Source: Bryobacterales bacterium (GTDB lineage Bacteria > Acidobacteriota > Terriglobia > Bryobacterales > Bryobacteraceae). From it: 40,541 nucleotides of DNA. The notes under the pieces were generated by a model. The model did no database searches, was not told the DNA's origin, and saw only the letters and a program-made list of their open reading frames with translations. The stretch lies in NCBI GenBank assembly GCA_038232555.1, contig JBBSHP010000001.1, forward strand, positions 1 through 40,541. Direction: 5' to 3'. Below, piece by piece: positions 1 through 7,727 of this stretch. Numbering within the stretch: position 1 is the stretch's first letter; each line of letters opens with the position of its first letter. The translations under genes and the position numbers were made by a program.

Positions 1-261
1 AACCTGCTGTACTACGCCTATACCGCGCCGTACAACGAATTGCGGCAGGGAATCGCGTCGACACCGGCGCAAGTTCGGATGGTATACCCGAACGCGTTCA
101 GTGTGATCAACACGGCCGACGGGCCAATCGATCAGCGGTACAACGACTTGGCTAGCGCGGTGAAGCAAGGGGACAGCCTGTTATACCGCAGTTGGTTCGA
201 CGACGAGCCAGCTAATTCTAAGGTGAAGAATCTATATACTCCGTTAAACAGCAATCAATAA
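1..261 (+). CDS. 3' end of an unidentified protein-coding gene (5' part lies outside the window)
   Basis: Frame 1 is open from base 1 to TAA at 259-261; the ORF track lists it only from an internal TTG at 40. No recognisable motif in the 86 C-terminal residues. It converges on the PEP-CTERM gene with 2 nt between the stop codons. Confidence 0.35.
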   Translation, partial: NLLYYAYTAPYNELRQGIASTPAQVRMVYPNAFSVINTADGPIDQRYNDLASAVKQGDSLLYRSWFDDEPANSKVKNLYTPLNSNQ

Positions 262-263
262 AC

Positions 264-1106
264 TTAGGAACAAGCCTCTGCTGACGCTGGATTTGGAGCG
301 CTGACATCATCCGCCTGGAGCGGTTCCATGTATACCTCCTTCCGGCGCCTGCGCGACCATCCCGCGAAAGCGGCCAACCCGGTTAGCCCGGCAGTGAAAA
401 GCGCTAGGGATCCTGGTTCGGGCACACTGCTTGCCGATACCCGTACCACGAGATCGTTATAATCCCGGTCTGAACAACACGCCAATGAGAAACGAGCGTC
501 GTCCATTGCAATCCAATAGGCCTCACTGCCGGCCACAGCCGATTCTCTGAAAACCGCGAAGTGCTGGTCACCAGGATCGGTCGGATTCAAGCTGGATTGG
601 GTACGGTACACGGCGAAATCACTGGGTACATGGAGGTAGAATCCATAGCTGGCGCTGGGCGTAAAGAGGGTGGTCGCTCCCGGGCCTTGTGGACCCAGGA
701 AAATGGGGTTCAGTATACCTGGATTCGTCAGGTCATACCACCCAAACTCATTCAGCGCAGCGGCGCTCGTGGATGTAATCTCTAATTTAAATATCGCCTG
801 CTGGGCGGGGCTAGTCCGCAGGAAAGAGAAATTAGGTTCCGGATTGGTCCCGACCCCAAGGTAAGGAATGGCGCCGGGCGCACCAGGAACGGTGCACGTC
901 CCTCCGAACCCCGTCAGACAGTACCCGATGTTCCTGCCCGAGCCGTCGAGCGAATGCGTGTCCCAAAATGGAACTCCATTTTCATTTAGATCGGCTGTAG
1001 TCCAGTTTTGAAAGCTGCCAGCGCCAGGCACGATGACATCGGCGGAAGCCGTTCCCAGAATCAGAAACTCCATTGTGATCAGACCAACTGTGCAAAAACG
1101 TGCCAA
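264..1106 (-). CDS. Secreted PEP-CTERM sorting-domain protein with a DUF4114-like region
   Basis: N-terminal signal-like peptide MARFCTVGLITMEFLILGTASA/DV. C-terminal VPEPGSLALFTAGLTGLAAFAGWSRRRRK, which is the PEP motif, a TM helix and an Arg cluster. The preceding CCSDRDYNDLVVRV resembles the conserved DYND block of DUF4114. The TTG start at 1106 is preceded by GGAG (1116-1119) with a 9-nt spacer; an alternative ATG lies at 1073. Confidence 0.8.
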   Translation of the reverse strand: MARFCTVGLITMEFLILGTASADVIVPGAGSFQNWTTADLNENGVPFWDTHSLDGSGRNIGYCLTGFGGTCTVPGAPGAIPYLGVGTNPEPNFSFLRTSPAQQAIFKLEITSTSAAALNEFGWYDLTNPGILNPIFLGPQGPGATTLFTPSASYGFYLHVPSDFAVYRTQSSLNPTDPGDQHFAVFRESAVAGSEAYWIAMDDARFSLACCSDRDYNDLVVRVSASSVPEPGSLALFTAGLTGLAAFAGWSRRRRKEVYMEPLQADDVSAPNPASAEACS

Positions 1107-1127
1107 TGCGGTAGTCTCCAGATGCCA

Positions 1128-1156
1128 AGTTTAGAGTTGATTCAAAGCTAAGTCAA
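1128..1156 (-). promoter_or_regulatory. Putative sigma70-type promoter of the PEP-CTERM gene
   Basis: On the minus strand: TTGACT (plus 1151-1156), a 17-nt spacer, then TAAACT (plus 1128-1133). This lies about 20 nt upstream of the GGAG/TTG start. Identified by eye only. Confidence 0.3.
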
Positions 1157-1163
1157 TGGATAT

Positions 1164-1181
1164 TAGGACTATATAGGACTA
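1164..1181 (-). promoter_or_regulatory. Direct repeat TAGGACTA-N2-TAGGACTA just upstream of the putative -35 (possible regulator binding site)
   Basis: Exact 8-bp repeat at 1164-1171 and 1174-1181, with a 10-bp (one helical turn) periodicity. It sits 8 nt upstream of the putative -35 hexamer. Confidence 0.25.
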
Positions 1182-1342
1182 AATGGCCGTAATAGACATT
1201 CAAATTTCCCAGGTGCGCTCAGGAACATATGGACTGTAGGGCAGCCCTCCGATTGTGCCCAGCGCTCCAATCCCTTGGGGTTTTCCCCCGGTAAACTGCA
1301 GCAAGTTTTGATTAGCAGCCATATCATATGCATTACTGGGGA

Positions 1343-2245
1343 TTATCCGTTTGTAATCGCAGCGACGATGCTCTCGGGGTCCAAGCCGCTCTCACGCCGG
1401 TGAAATTTCTGGGATCCGTACAGGCCGGAAACATAGCCGAGAGCGTACCGGTGCGTAAAACGAGCTGGGGCTTGACCCATGCAAGCCAAACGATGAATCA
1501 GCATCTGGCCCACCCCGCCGGTGGCTGTGTGCTCTTCCACGACGAAGAGGTGACGCGAGCGCTGGAGACTGTCGCTGAACTCGCCCGGCAGCTCTGTGAG
1601 GGGCAGTTCACTGAGCAGCCACACATCGGGGCGGCGGGCTTGCTCCAATTTGGAAACAGCGGCAAGTATCCCGCCTACCAACGGTCCAGCCACAACCAGA
1701 GTCGGGCCGTCACCCTCTAATAACCTGCGCCACGCTGCGTAGGGTGGCAGAGCCACCGCTTTCGGTTCTTCGGAAACACCCAGGCGGAGGTAAACCGGCC
1801 CCTCGGAGCGCATCAAGAGAGGAACGATCGATGTGACATCGCCATCGAATGCCGGTGCAAAGACCCGCAGGTTCGGCAACGTAAGAAGAGCACCGTAATC
1901 CTCGAGAGCGTGATGCGTGCTGCCCATCACGCCGTAACCGTAGCCACCTCCATTTCCGACCAGGATTACCGGCATATTGTGCAAGCAAACGTCATTGCGG
2001 ATCTGTTCAAATGGCCGGGCGTAGAGGAACGGCGCGATGCTGTACACCCAGGGCCGCCAGCCCATTTTCGCGAGGCCAGCTGCCATGGATACCATGTTCT
2101 GCTCCGAGACGCCGGCATTGATAAACCGGCTGTTCAGGACATCCCGTAACGGCTCGAGCGATTTGAATCCGAGATCACCGGTGAGAAAAACCAAGTTCGG
2201 GTTATCGGCCGCAGCTACGAGCGTTCGGCAGAAGACGTCACGCAC
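1343..2245 (-). CDS. Transketolase, C-terminal (pyrimidine-binding) subunit of a split transketolase
   Basis: FINAGVSEQNMVSMAAGLA and GSTHHALEDYGALLTLPNLRVFAP match the Pyr-domain motifs of transketolase/DXS-family enzymes. The 300-aa size fits the C-terminal section. GTG start, overlapping the N-subunit gene by 31 nt. Confidence 0.85.
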   Translation of the reverse strand: MRDVFCRTLVAAADNPNLVFLTGDLGFKSLEPLRDVLNSRFINAGVSEQNMVSMAAGLAKMGWRPWVYSIAPFLYARPFEQIRNDVCLHNMPVILVGNGGGYGYGVMGSTHHALEDYGALLTLPNLRVFAPAFDGDVTSIVPLLMRSEGPVYLRLGVSEEPKAVALPPYAAWRRLLEGDGPTLVVAGPLVGGILAAVSKLEQARRPDVWLLSELPLTELPGEFSDSLQRSRHLFVVEEHTATGGVGQMLIHRLACMGQAPARFTHRYALGYVSGLYGSQKFHRRESGLDPESIVAAITNG

Positions 2246-3027
2246 TCTTCATTCACCTCGAGCCGGGCCTTCTGATATTGCTCGTCACTTAATGGGAGGT
2301 AGTGCCACTGCATCTCATGTTCCATGAACGATACACCGCAGCCTTTCGTCGTCTTAGCGATGATAGCCAGCGGGCCCTCCGCACGGTCCTCCAGCGCCAC
2401 CCGGATACCCTCCATGTCGTGTCCGTCAATATTAAGTGTACGCACACCAAAATCCTGAAATTTCCTGGCGAGCGGCTCCAGATCCGCGATCTCCCGCGTC
2501 GTCCCAAAGCCTTGCAGCCCATTACAATCGACAATAATGGTTATGTTCAGCTTATGGTGGGAAAGGAAAATCAGGGATTCCCAACACGAACCTTCATTCC
2601 ACTCGCCGTCAGACATCAGGCAGAATATTTTTCCTGGTTCTTGCTTGAGCTTCTTTCCAAGAGCGAGCCCCGCCGCTAAACCGAGACCATGGCCGAGGCT
2701 GCCGGTTGCAAACACGATTTCCGGTATTGCGTGGGCCGGTGGATGCCCGCTCAAACGGGTGCTGTCTTTATGAAACTGGCGTAAGTCTTCATCGCTCAAA
2801 ACGCCAATAGACCATAACGTAATGTACAATGCCCCAGCCGCATGTCCTTTGGACAAGATGAAGAGATCATTTTCGCGCAAGACAAGGTGATAAAGGCTGA
2901 CCAGAATATCGAGCGCGGATAGGTTTCCGCCGATATGCCCGACTCTGCTCTCGTAATGCATTTCGAGCAGGCGAAGCTTGGCTCGTCGGCGCAGATCGGT
3001 AATTGGGACAGAGTGATTGGTGACCAT
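2215..3027 (-). CDS. Transketolase, N-terminal (thiamine-diphosphate-binding) subunit
   Basis: GHIGGNLSALDIL, GSLGHGLGLAAGLALG and MSDGEWNEGSCWES (TPP/Mg-binding GDG-N-type block). 270 aa, ATG start. Confidence 0.85.
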   Translation of the reverse strand: MVTNHSVPITDLRRRAKLRLLEMHYESRVGHIGGNLSALDILVSLYHLVLRENDLFILSKGHAAGALYITLWSIGVLSDEDLRQFHKDSTRLSGHPPAHAIPEIVFATGSLGHGLGLAAGLALGKKLKQEPGKIFCLMSDGEWNEGSCWESLIFLSHHKLNITIIVDCNGLQGFGTTREIADLEPLARKFQDFGVRTLNIDGHDMEGIRVALEDRAEGPLAIIAKTTKGCGVSFMEHEMQWHYLPLSDEQYQKARLEVNEECVTSSAERS

Positions 3028-3160
3028 ACATGTAAGGCTACGTTTTACGCGAGGCGAAGGCAGTCGGTGAGTTTAGCGGGATCGATATTCGATTCTACTA
3101 CTACGCGCGACTCACCAGTGCCGCTACATAAAGGACAGGACCGGATGGTCCACTCCAAGT

Positions 3161-4027
3161 TCACGAGCGATCTTTTTGGGCGATTATCGTATACCCCAAA
3201 CAATCATCTCCGCCTCGACCCCATAATGTGATGTTCGCTATGGATGCTAGCAGGATGAACAGGGGAATGAAGCAGATACCTACCAGGCGAATCAACCAGC
3301 CCAGGGCTGCATTAGTGTTTTGGGGCATCAAGAGCCGTAGAATCAATGCCATTACCTTGTAGCAAGCGACTGTGCCTGCGTTTCCTCGCGCGTAAACACC
3401 GATGCCGGTAAACCCCATTTCTTTCAGCAGGTAATCCATGCTGGAGGGAGTAAATCTCCAATAATCATAAGGTATAAAGTGCCAGCGGGCCGCAAAGGGA
3501 ACGGTGAGTAATAGGGAACCTCCGGGCGTCAAGCAGCGCCATGCCTCGGCTAGGAAGCCTCGGGTATTGAGGACATGCTCCAGGGTTTCGGTGCATAAGA
3601 CAAAGTCCGCGGAGCTATCCGGCACAGGCCAGACATCACCCGAAAAGTACTCCGTATCCGGCATTTCATAGCCGAAATGCGCTCTCGCAGCCGCTGTATC
3701 GATGCCTCTGTAGCTAGCGTCGGGGCTTACCAAACGCCGATAGGGCTGGGCTCCGCACCCTACGTCCACAATAGTGCCGCGTATCGTAGGGAGAACAGTG
3801 CTTACGTCGTTCCAGACCGACCCTGCCTGGATATCAAAAAAACGCCGCAAAGCGGCGGCGACGTTTGACAGCGAGCCTGAGTCGGGCGAGAATAACGGCG
3901 GCCGCCATTGTTCCGCCTGGGCTTCCACCATGTTGGTTTTGTTCGGAAATAGGGCGAGTATTGTTCGGCCCGGCAATGCTTTATAGAGGCCGTCCTTGTT
4001 CTCGTGTGGGAAAACGAATTTCACCAT
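3161..4027 (-). CDS. Class I SAM-dependent methyltransferase with C-terminal transmembrane segments
   Basis: Motif I IVDVGCGAQPY and post-II LTPGGSLLLTVPF. The C-terminus (YKVMALILRLL...LIRLVGICFIPLFILLASIANITLW) is hydrophobic. The ATG at 4027 overlaps the upstream gene by 47 nt; an alternative ATG lies at 3931. Confidence 0.75.
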   Translation of the reverse strand: MVKFVFPHENKDGLYKALPGRTILALFPNKTNMVEAQAEQWRPPLFSPDSGSLSNVAAALRRFFDIQAGSVWNDVSTVLPTIRGTIVDVGCGAQPYRRLVSPDASYRGIDTAAARAHFGYEMPDTEYFSGDVWPVPDSSADFVLCTETLEHVLNTRGFLAEAWRCLTPGGSLLLTVPFAARWHFIPYDYWRFTPSSMDYLLKEMGFTGIGVYARGNAGTVACYKVMALILRLLMPQNTNAALGWLIRLVGICFIPLFILLASIANITLWGRGGDDCLGYTIIAQKDRS

Positions 4028-5960
4028 CTTTCATAATACTGCGGCGGATGAAATGAGGCCGCTGTTTCACTTCTTCAAAGATCTTGGCTATATATTCCGC
4101 TACCAGACTAATCGCGAGCAGGTTCAGAGATCCAAAAACAAGAATAGAGGTCAGTACACTTGCGAATCCCTTTGGAGCAAGATCGGGAAATGCAACTTTC
4201 GCCAGTATCTCTCCGGCCATGAGAATCACTGAGAGACCGAAGAGCAATAGCGCGGACGCACTCAGGATACTCAGCGGAACATAGCTGAACGAGAGGATGC
4301 CCTTCTTCGCCCATCCAATATTCTTCAAAAAGCTATTGGTAGTTACTCCGAACATTCGTTCCGGGCGGACATAGTCCACCCCGACCTGTCGAAAACCGGC
4401 ATACGCTCGGACACCGCGCAGAAAGAGATCCCTTTCCGGGAACCGCAGCATGGCTTCCGCAACTCTTCTGTCGATCAAAGAACAGTCCCCCGCATCGTGC
4501 GGAATGCGGATATAGGAGAAATAATCAAAAATACGATAGAAGAGCTTGTAGGCTACACGCATCCTCCAAGGCGCCTCCCGCTTCACTCTACGGCCATAAA
4601 CCACGTCGTAGCCCTCGCGCCATTGTGCAACGAACTCCTCAATGAGCTCGGGGGGATCCTGTAAATCGCCATCGAGAAGCACACACGCGTTCTTGGACGC
4701 AATCTCCATACCACTGCGAAACGCGGCTTGCGACCCGAAGTTCCGGGAGTGGGAGATGCCCAGCACACGGCGATCGTTGCGAGTAATCGCTCGGATGACT
4801 TCTTCCGAGTTATCGGGACTGCAATCGTTCACAAACAGAATCTCATAATCGATGTTCAGCCGGGTGAAGGTGGTCTTTAGACGCTCATACATGACTGGAA
4901 TCGCCTGGCCATCCTTATAGCAAGCAATGATGGCCGAGACACTGTGTTTAGTGTCCAGGCCAAACTTCTTAGAAGATTGTAAATAACGATCTTTGTCCGG
5001 CAGATCGCGATACCAGTCAGCCATCCTGGCAAGGCCTTGCTCAAGTGGAACTTGGGGTGCCCACCCAAACCGGCTGCGCACCTTACTTATATCCGCGTAC
5101 CATTCAGCGAGGTCCCAAGAGCGGCTTGGCATGCTGAAAGATGGATCTTCACGAATCGAGAACAGGTCCTTGGCCACGCCTGCGAGGTCTGAAATGGTAG
5201 TCTTCCGGCCGGACCCGACGTTAAAAGACTCACCGTAGTCACGCTCGCCCAAGTTCAAAGCGACGTCGACAAATGCTTCGGTAACATCGTCTACATAGAT
5301 AAAATCGCGCGATATACGAGGATCGACAAGGTCGGGATACTCATGCTGGAGCCCATATCGCACCAGATTTGGAATCAGGCGTGAGGAGTCTTCGAGGGGG
5401 CCATAGACCGAATACAAGCGAAGGTTTACACAAGGGATACGTTTCTTTCTGCCGAGGAATTGGATAAGATTCGCGGCCGCCACTTTCGAAACAGCATAAG
5501 CGCTGTTAGGTGCCGGAAGGGAATCCTCGGACGGGGCCGAAGCATTATCGCCGTACTCGGAGGAACTCCCAGCGTGAACGTAACACGCGATCCTACGAGT
5601 TTCCAAGCGGGGCAATAAGCGGGAAATCAGGTTGAAGTTAGTCTGGTAAATCAACTGGCTATCTGTCTCAAACGAGTAGGCGCCGTAAGCAACACAATCG
5701 AAAACAGTCCGAGGCTTTATGGTTTCGAGAAGTGCATCCAGATTCGAATCGATCAGAAGGTCGGTAACCACCATCTTGTCTTTGGGTAGGTCCTCCAATC
5801 GCCAGGCAGGCAAACGGCTTGCGGTCCCGTAGACATCTTCACGATGCAGCAGGAGCGTTCTGACCAGATTGGCTCCCACGAACCCGCTGGCACCGAGAAC
5901 AAGAATAGGCCCTTGCAAGTGTTTGATTTTGTGCTCGAGGCCGGGAGTTGTGGCCATCAT
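3981..5960 (-). CDS. Bifunctional fusion: extended-SDR NAD-dependent epimerase/dehydratase (N-terminal) and GtrB/ArnC/DPM1-type GT2 polyprenyl-phosphate glycosyltransferase (C-terminal, two TM helices)
   Basis: N-terminal half: VLGASGFVGANL (Rossmann), GSSSEYG and YAVSK (SDR catalytic S and YxxxK). C-terminal half: VSAIIACYKD, FVNDCSPDNS, LLDGDLQDPPE (DxD). The C-terminal helices end in LVAEYIAKIFEEVKQRPHFI, typical of GtrB/ArnC enzymes. Confidence 0.8.
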   Translation of the reverse strand: MMATTPGLEHKIKHLQGPILVLGASGFVGANLVRTLLLHREDVYGTASRLPAWRLEDLPKDKMVVTDLLIDSNLDALLETIKPRTVFDCVAYGAYSFETDSQLIYQTNFNLISRLLPRLETRRIACYVHAGSSSEYGDNASAPSEDSLPAPNSAYAVSKVAAANLIQFLGRKKRIPCVNLRLYSVYGPLEDSSRLIPNLVRYGLQHEYPDLVDPRISRDFIYVDDVTEAFVDVALNLGERDYGESFNVGSGRKTTISDLAGVAKDLFSIREDPSFSMPSRSWDLAEWYADISKVRSRFGWAPQVPLEQGLARMADWYRDLPDKDRYLQSSKKFGLDTKHSVSAIIACYKDGQAIPVMYERLKTTFTRLNIDYEILFVNDCSPDNSEEVIRAITRNDRRVLGISHSRNFGSQAAFRSGMEIASKNACVLLDGDLQDPPELIEEFVAQWREGYDVVYGRRVKREAPWRMRVAYKLFYRIFDYFSYIRIPHDAGDCSLIDRRVAEAMLRFPERDLFLRGVRAYAGFRQVGVDYVRPERMFGVTTNSFLKNIGWAKKGILSFSYVPLSILSASALLLFGLSVILMAGEILAKVAFPDLAPKGFASVLTSILVFGSLNLLAISLVAEYIAKIFEEVKQRPHFIRRSIMKDGEIRFPTREQGRPL

Positions 5961-6101
5961 CTACTTAGCGTGTATATCAGCATATTCAGGCGGCTCAATT
6001 GCAAGACTATGAGTAAAATGAGATCTGGGGGATCGGGAGAGGACAACTGATAACCTTAACCAATCCCTCCAAACCTGTCTAATCGCTCCATCAGGGTTGT
6101 G

Positions 6102-7727
6102 TCAGTGATTAACAGTTGTCACGTCGAAGAGCAAGTTATCGCCCTTTTGAGCTTTGAACTCAAGCTTGTTATGGTCCGACAACAGCTTAGAAGGAAGCCA
6201 CTCCAGTCGTGAAACTGACGAATAGTAAACCCAGAACCTCGGGTGTGAGGAAACGAAACGCGAATAGTCCTCAATTTTTAAGGGAACCCAGTCCTTGATC
6301 TTCGCCAGGCCCCAGTCCGGGAGAAAGTCCGGGTACTGAACGGCGGTGCTGGGATCACTCAGATAGAAAACACGTGAAGCCAGTGCCTGCGAGCCATAAT
6401 AAGAGAGTTGTAAGAATAAAAGAGGGTTCGAGATAGCGATCGGGGAGCTGTCGTTCTCAGGAATAATCCCATTCAGGGAAGATATTGAGTCCACTCCAGG
6501 CGTGATCGGAAGCCGCCCCACTGACACAATCATGAACCATGCGAAAAATACCAGCACCAGGGTTGTGCCCACGATGGCACGTCCAGCGGCGGCGAAATAT
6601 GAAAAGAAACCGACCAGAATTGAGCAGCCGACCACCGCTGAGATCCCATATCGATCCATATAGTAGCCAGTAAATAGCTTTGCTAAGATCATGACCATGA
6701 ATGGAGCGAGGCTAAGGACGATCACGGCAATGGTTTCGTGTAGCGGTAATGCCCTCGGGTTCCCACTGGCTTCAGAACGGACTTTGCCAAGCTGGAGAGC
6801 CTGGGCGAGAGTCCCTATAGCAAGACACGCCAAGATAGGTATCAGCGTCGGTGTAAATAGATTGGGATAAAACTCCATGGCAGCCCGGTAGCTCGGCTTT
6901 GCCCAGAATACGGATGAGCGGAAGGTATAAGCATATAACCCGAACGAGGAGCCTTGAACGAGAGGCAGAAACCATAAAACGGGAATTGCGCCCAACCCAA
7001 GCGCAATCCAGACCGGCCAATCAATGCGCCGGGAAAGCCACGAGCGGGTTAGCTCTCCCGCCGCAATCGAAACAAATATCAAGACCGCATAATAGTGGTT
7101 CGCAACAGCCACGGCCAGCGTCGCCGCTAAGCCAATTAGCCACATTCTGCGAAATCGCCCTCTTTCAACCGAAGATTGCCAGCATACCAGAGCCGCGCCT
7201 GTAGTGCCGAGGAGTACACCATAGGGTCGCGCCTCGTATGCATAGCGGTGTGTAATGCTCACCAGAGGGAAAAGAATTGCCAGGAATGCGTAAGGCGCCG
7301 AGCACCTTTTCGAAACGAACCTGAACACACCTAAACTCATCGCCCAATAGCCGAGGATTGCGGGAAGACGGGTTGCTACATGTCCATATCCCAGGAGTTG
7401 ATGCGAAGCTCGAGTTAGGAGATAGCTCAAAGGAGGCTGGGAGTCAACGCCCGCCGCGAGCAGCGACCAGATATCTCCAATCCGCGGAAATCGTGAGATA
7501 TAGAATGTAAAAAACTCGTCGTACCACATGGGCTTTCGCCAGGCGTCGACAATTGTAAACGCCATATACAGGATGGTTAAACAACCGAGCCATAACAGCT
7601 TTCTCTTTTCAAGATGCTTTGCAAACTCCCCTATATAATGATCCAATGACCGAACCAGAAGTCGTCCGCCGAGTTGCTGCGCCGCTTCGGGATCGCCCCT
7701 CTGGCTACTTCTGAACTGGTTGGTCAT
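6102..7727 (-). CDS. GT-C fold glycosyltransferase, ArnT/PMT_2 (GT39/GT83)-like
   Basis: Polytopic membrane protein. After TM1 it has [11 protein letters not shown] (acidic DE motif), then QPPLSYLL and [16 protein letters not shown], the arrangement typical of ArnT/PMT_2 enzymes. ATG start, overlapping the upstream flavoprotein gene by 23 nt. Confidence 0.7.
   Translation of the reverse strand: MTNQFRSSQRGDPEAAQQLGGRLLVRSLDHYIGEFAKHLEKRKLLWLGCLTILYMAFTIVDAWRKPMWYDEFFTFYISRFPRIGDIWSLLAAGVDSQPPLSYLLTRASHQLLGYGHVATRLPAILGYWAMSLGVFRFVSKRCSAPYAFLAILFPLVSITHRYAYEARPYGVLLGTTGAALVCWQSSVERGRFRRMWLIGLAATLAVAVANHYYAVLIFVSIAAGELTRSWLSRRIDWPVWIALGLGAIPVLWFLPLVQGSSFGLYAYTFRSSVFWAKPSYRAAMEFYPNLFTPTLIPILACLAIGTLAQALQLGKVRSEASGNPRALPLHETIAVIVLSLAPFMVMILAKLFTGYYMDRYGISAVVGCSILVGFFSYFAAAGRAIVGTTLVLVFFAWFMIVSVGRLPITPGVDSISSLNGIIPENDSSPIAISNPLLFLQLSYYGSQALASRVFYLSDPSTAVQYPDFLPDWGLAKIKDWVPLKIEDYSRFVSSHPRFWVYYSSVSRLEWLPSKLLSDHNKLEFKAQKGDNLLFDVTTVNH

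Noticed and set aside
1108-1114. GCGGTAG, a 7/8 match to the RfaH ops core GGCGGTAG.
   Set aside because: It is on the plus strand, antisense to every gene in the neighbourhood, inside the 5' leader/RBS region of the PEP-CTERM gene. It is also at the far end of the locus from the NusG paralog. Most likely a chance match.
1240-1262. A sigma54-like GGCAC element (TGGGCAC...GCTGC on the minus strand) upstream of the PEP-CTERM gene. I considered it because PEP-CTERM genes are often under PrsK/PrsR-sigma54 control.
   Set aside because: The spacing between the GG and GC dinucleotides does not fit the -24/-12 consensus, and the -12 TTGC element is missing. The TGGCAT near 1120 fails the same test.
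1190-1342. A candidate intrinsic terminator for the operon downstream of the transketolase stop (short GC stems such as GGGG-aaaa-CCCC and GGGCA...TGCCC).
   Set aside because: The stems are only 4-5 bp and none is followed by a U-tract on the minus strand. That is not enough to call a terminator.
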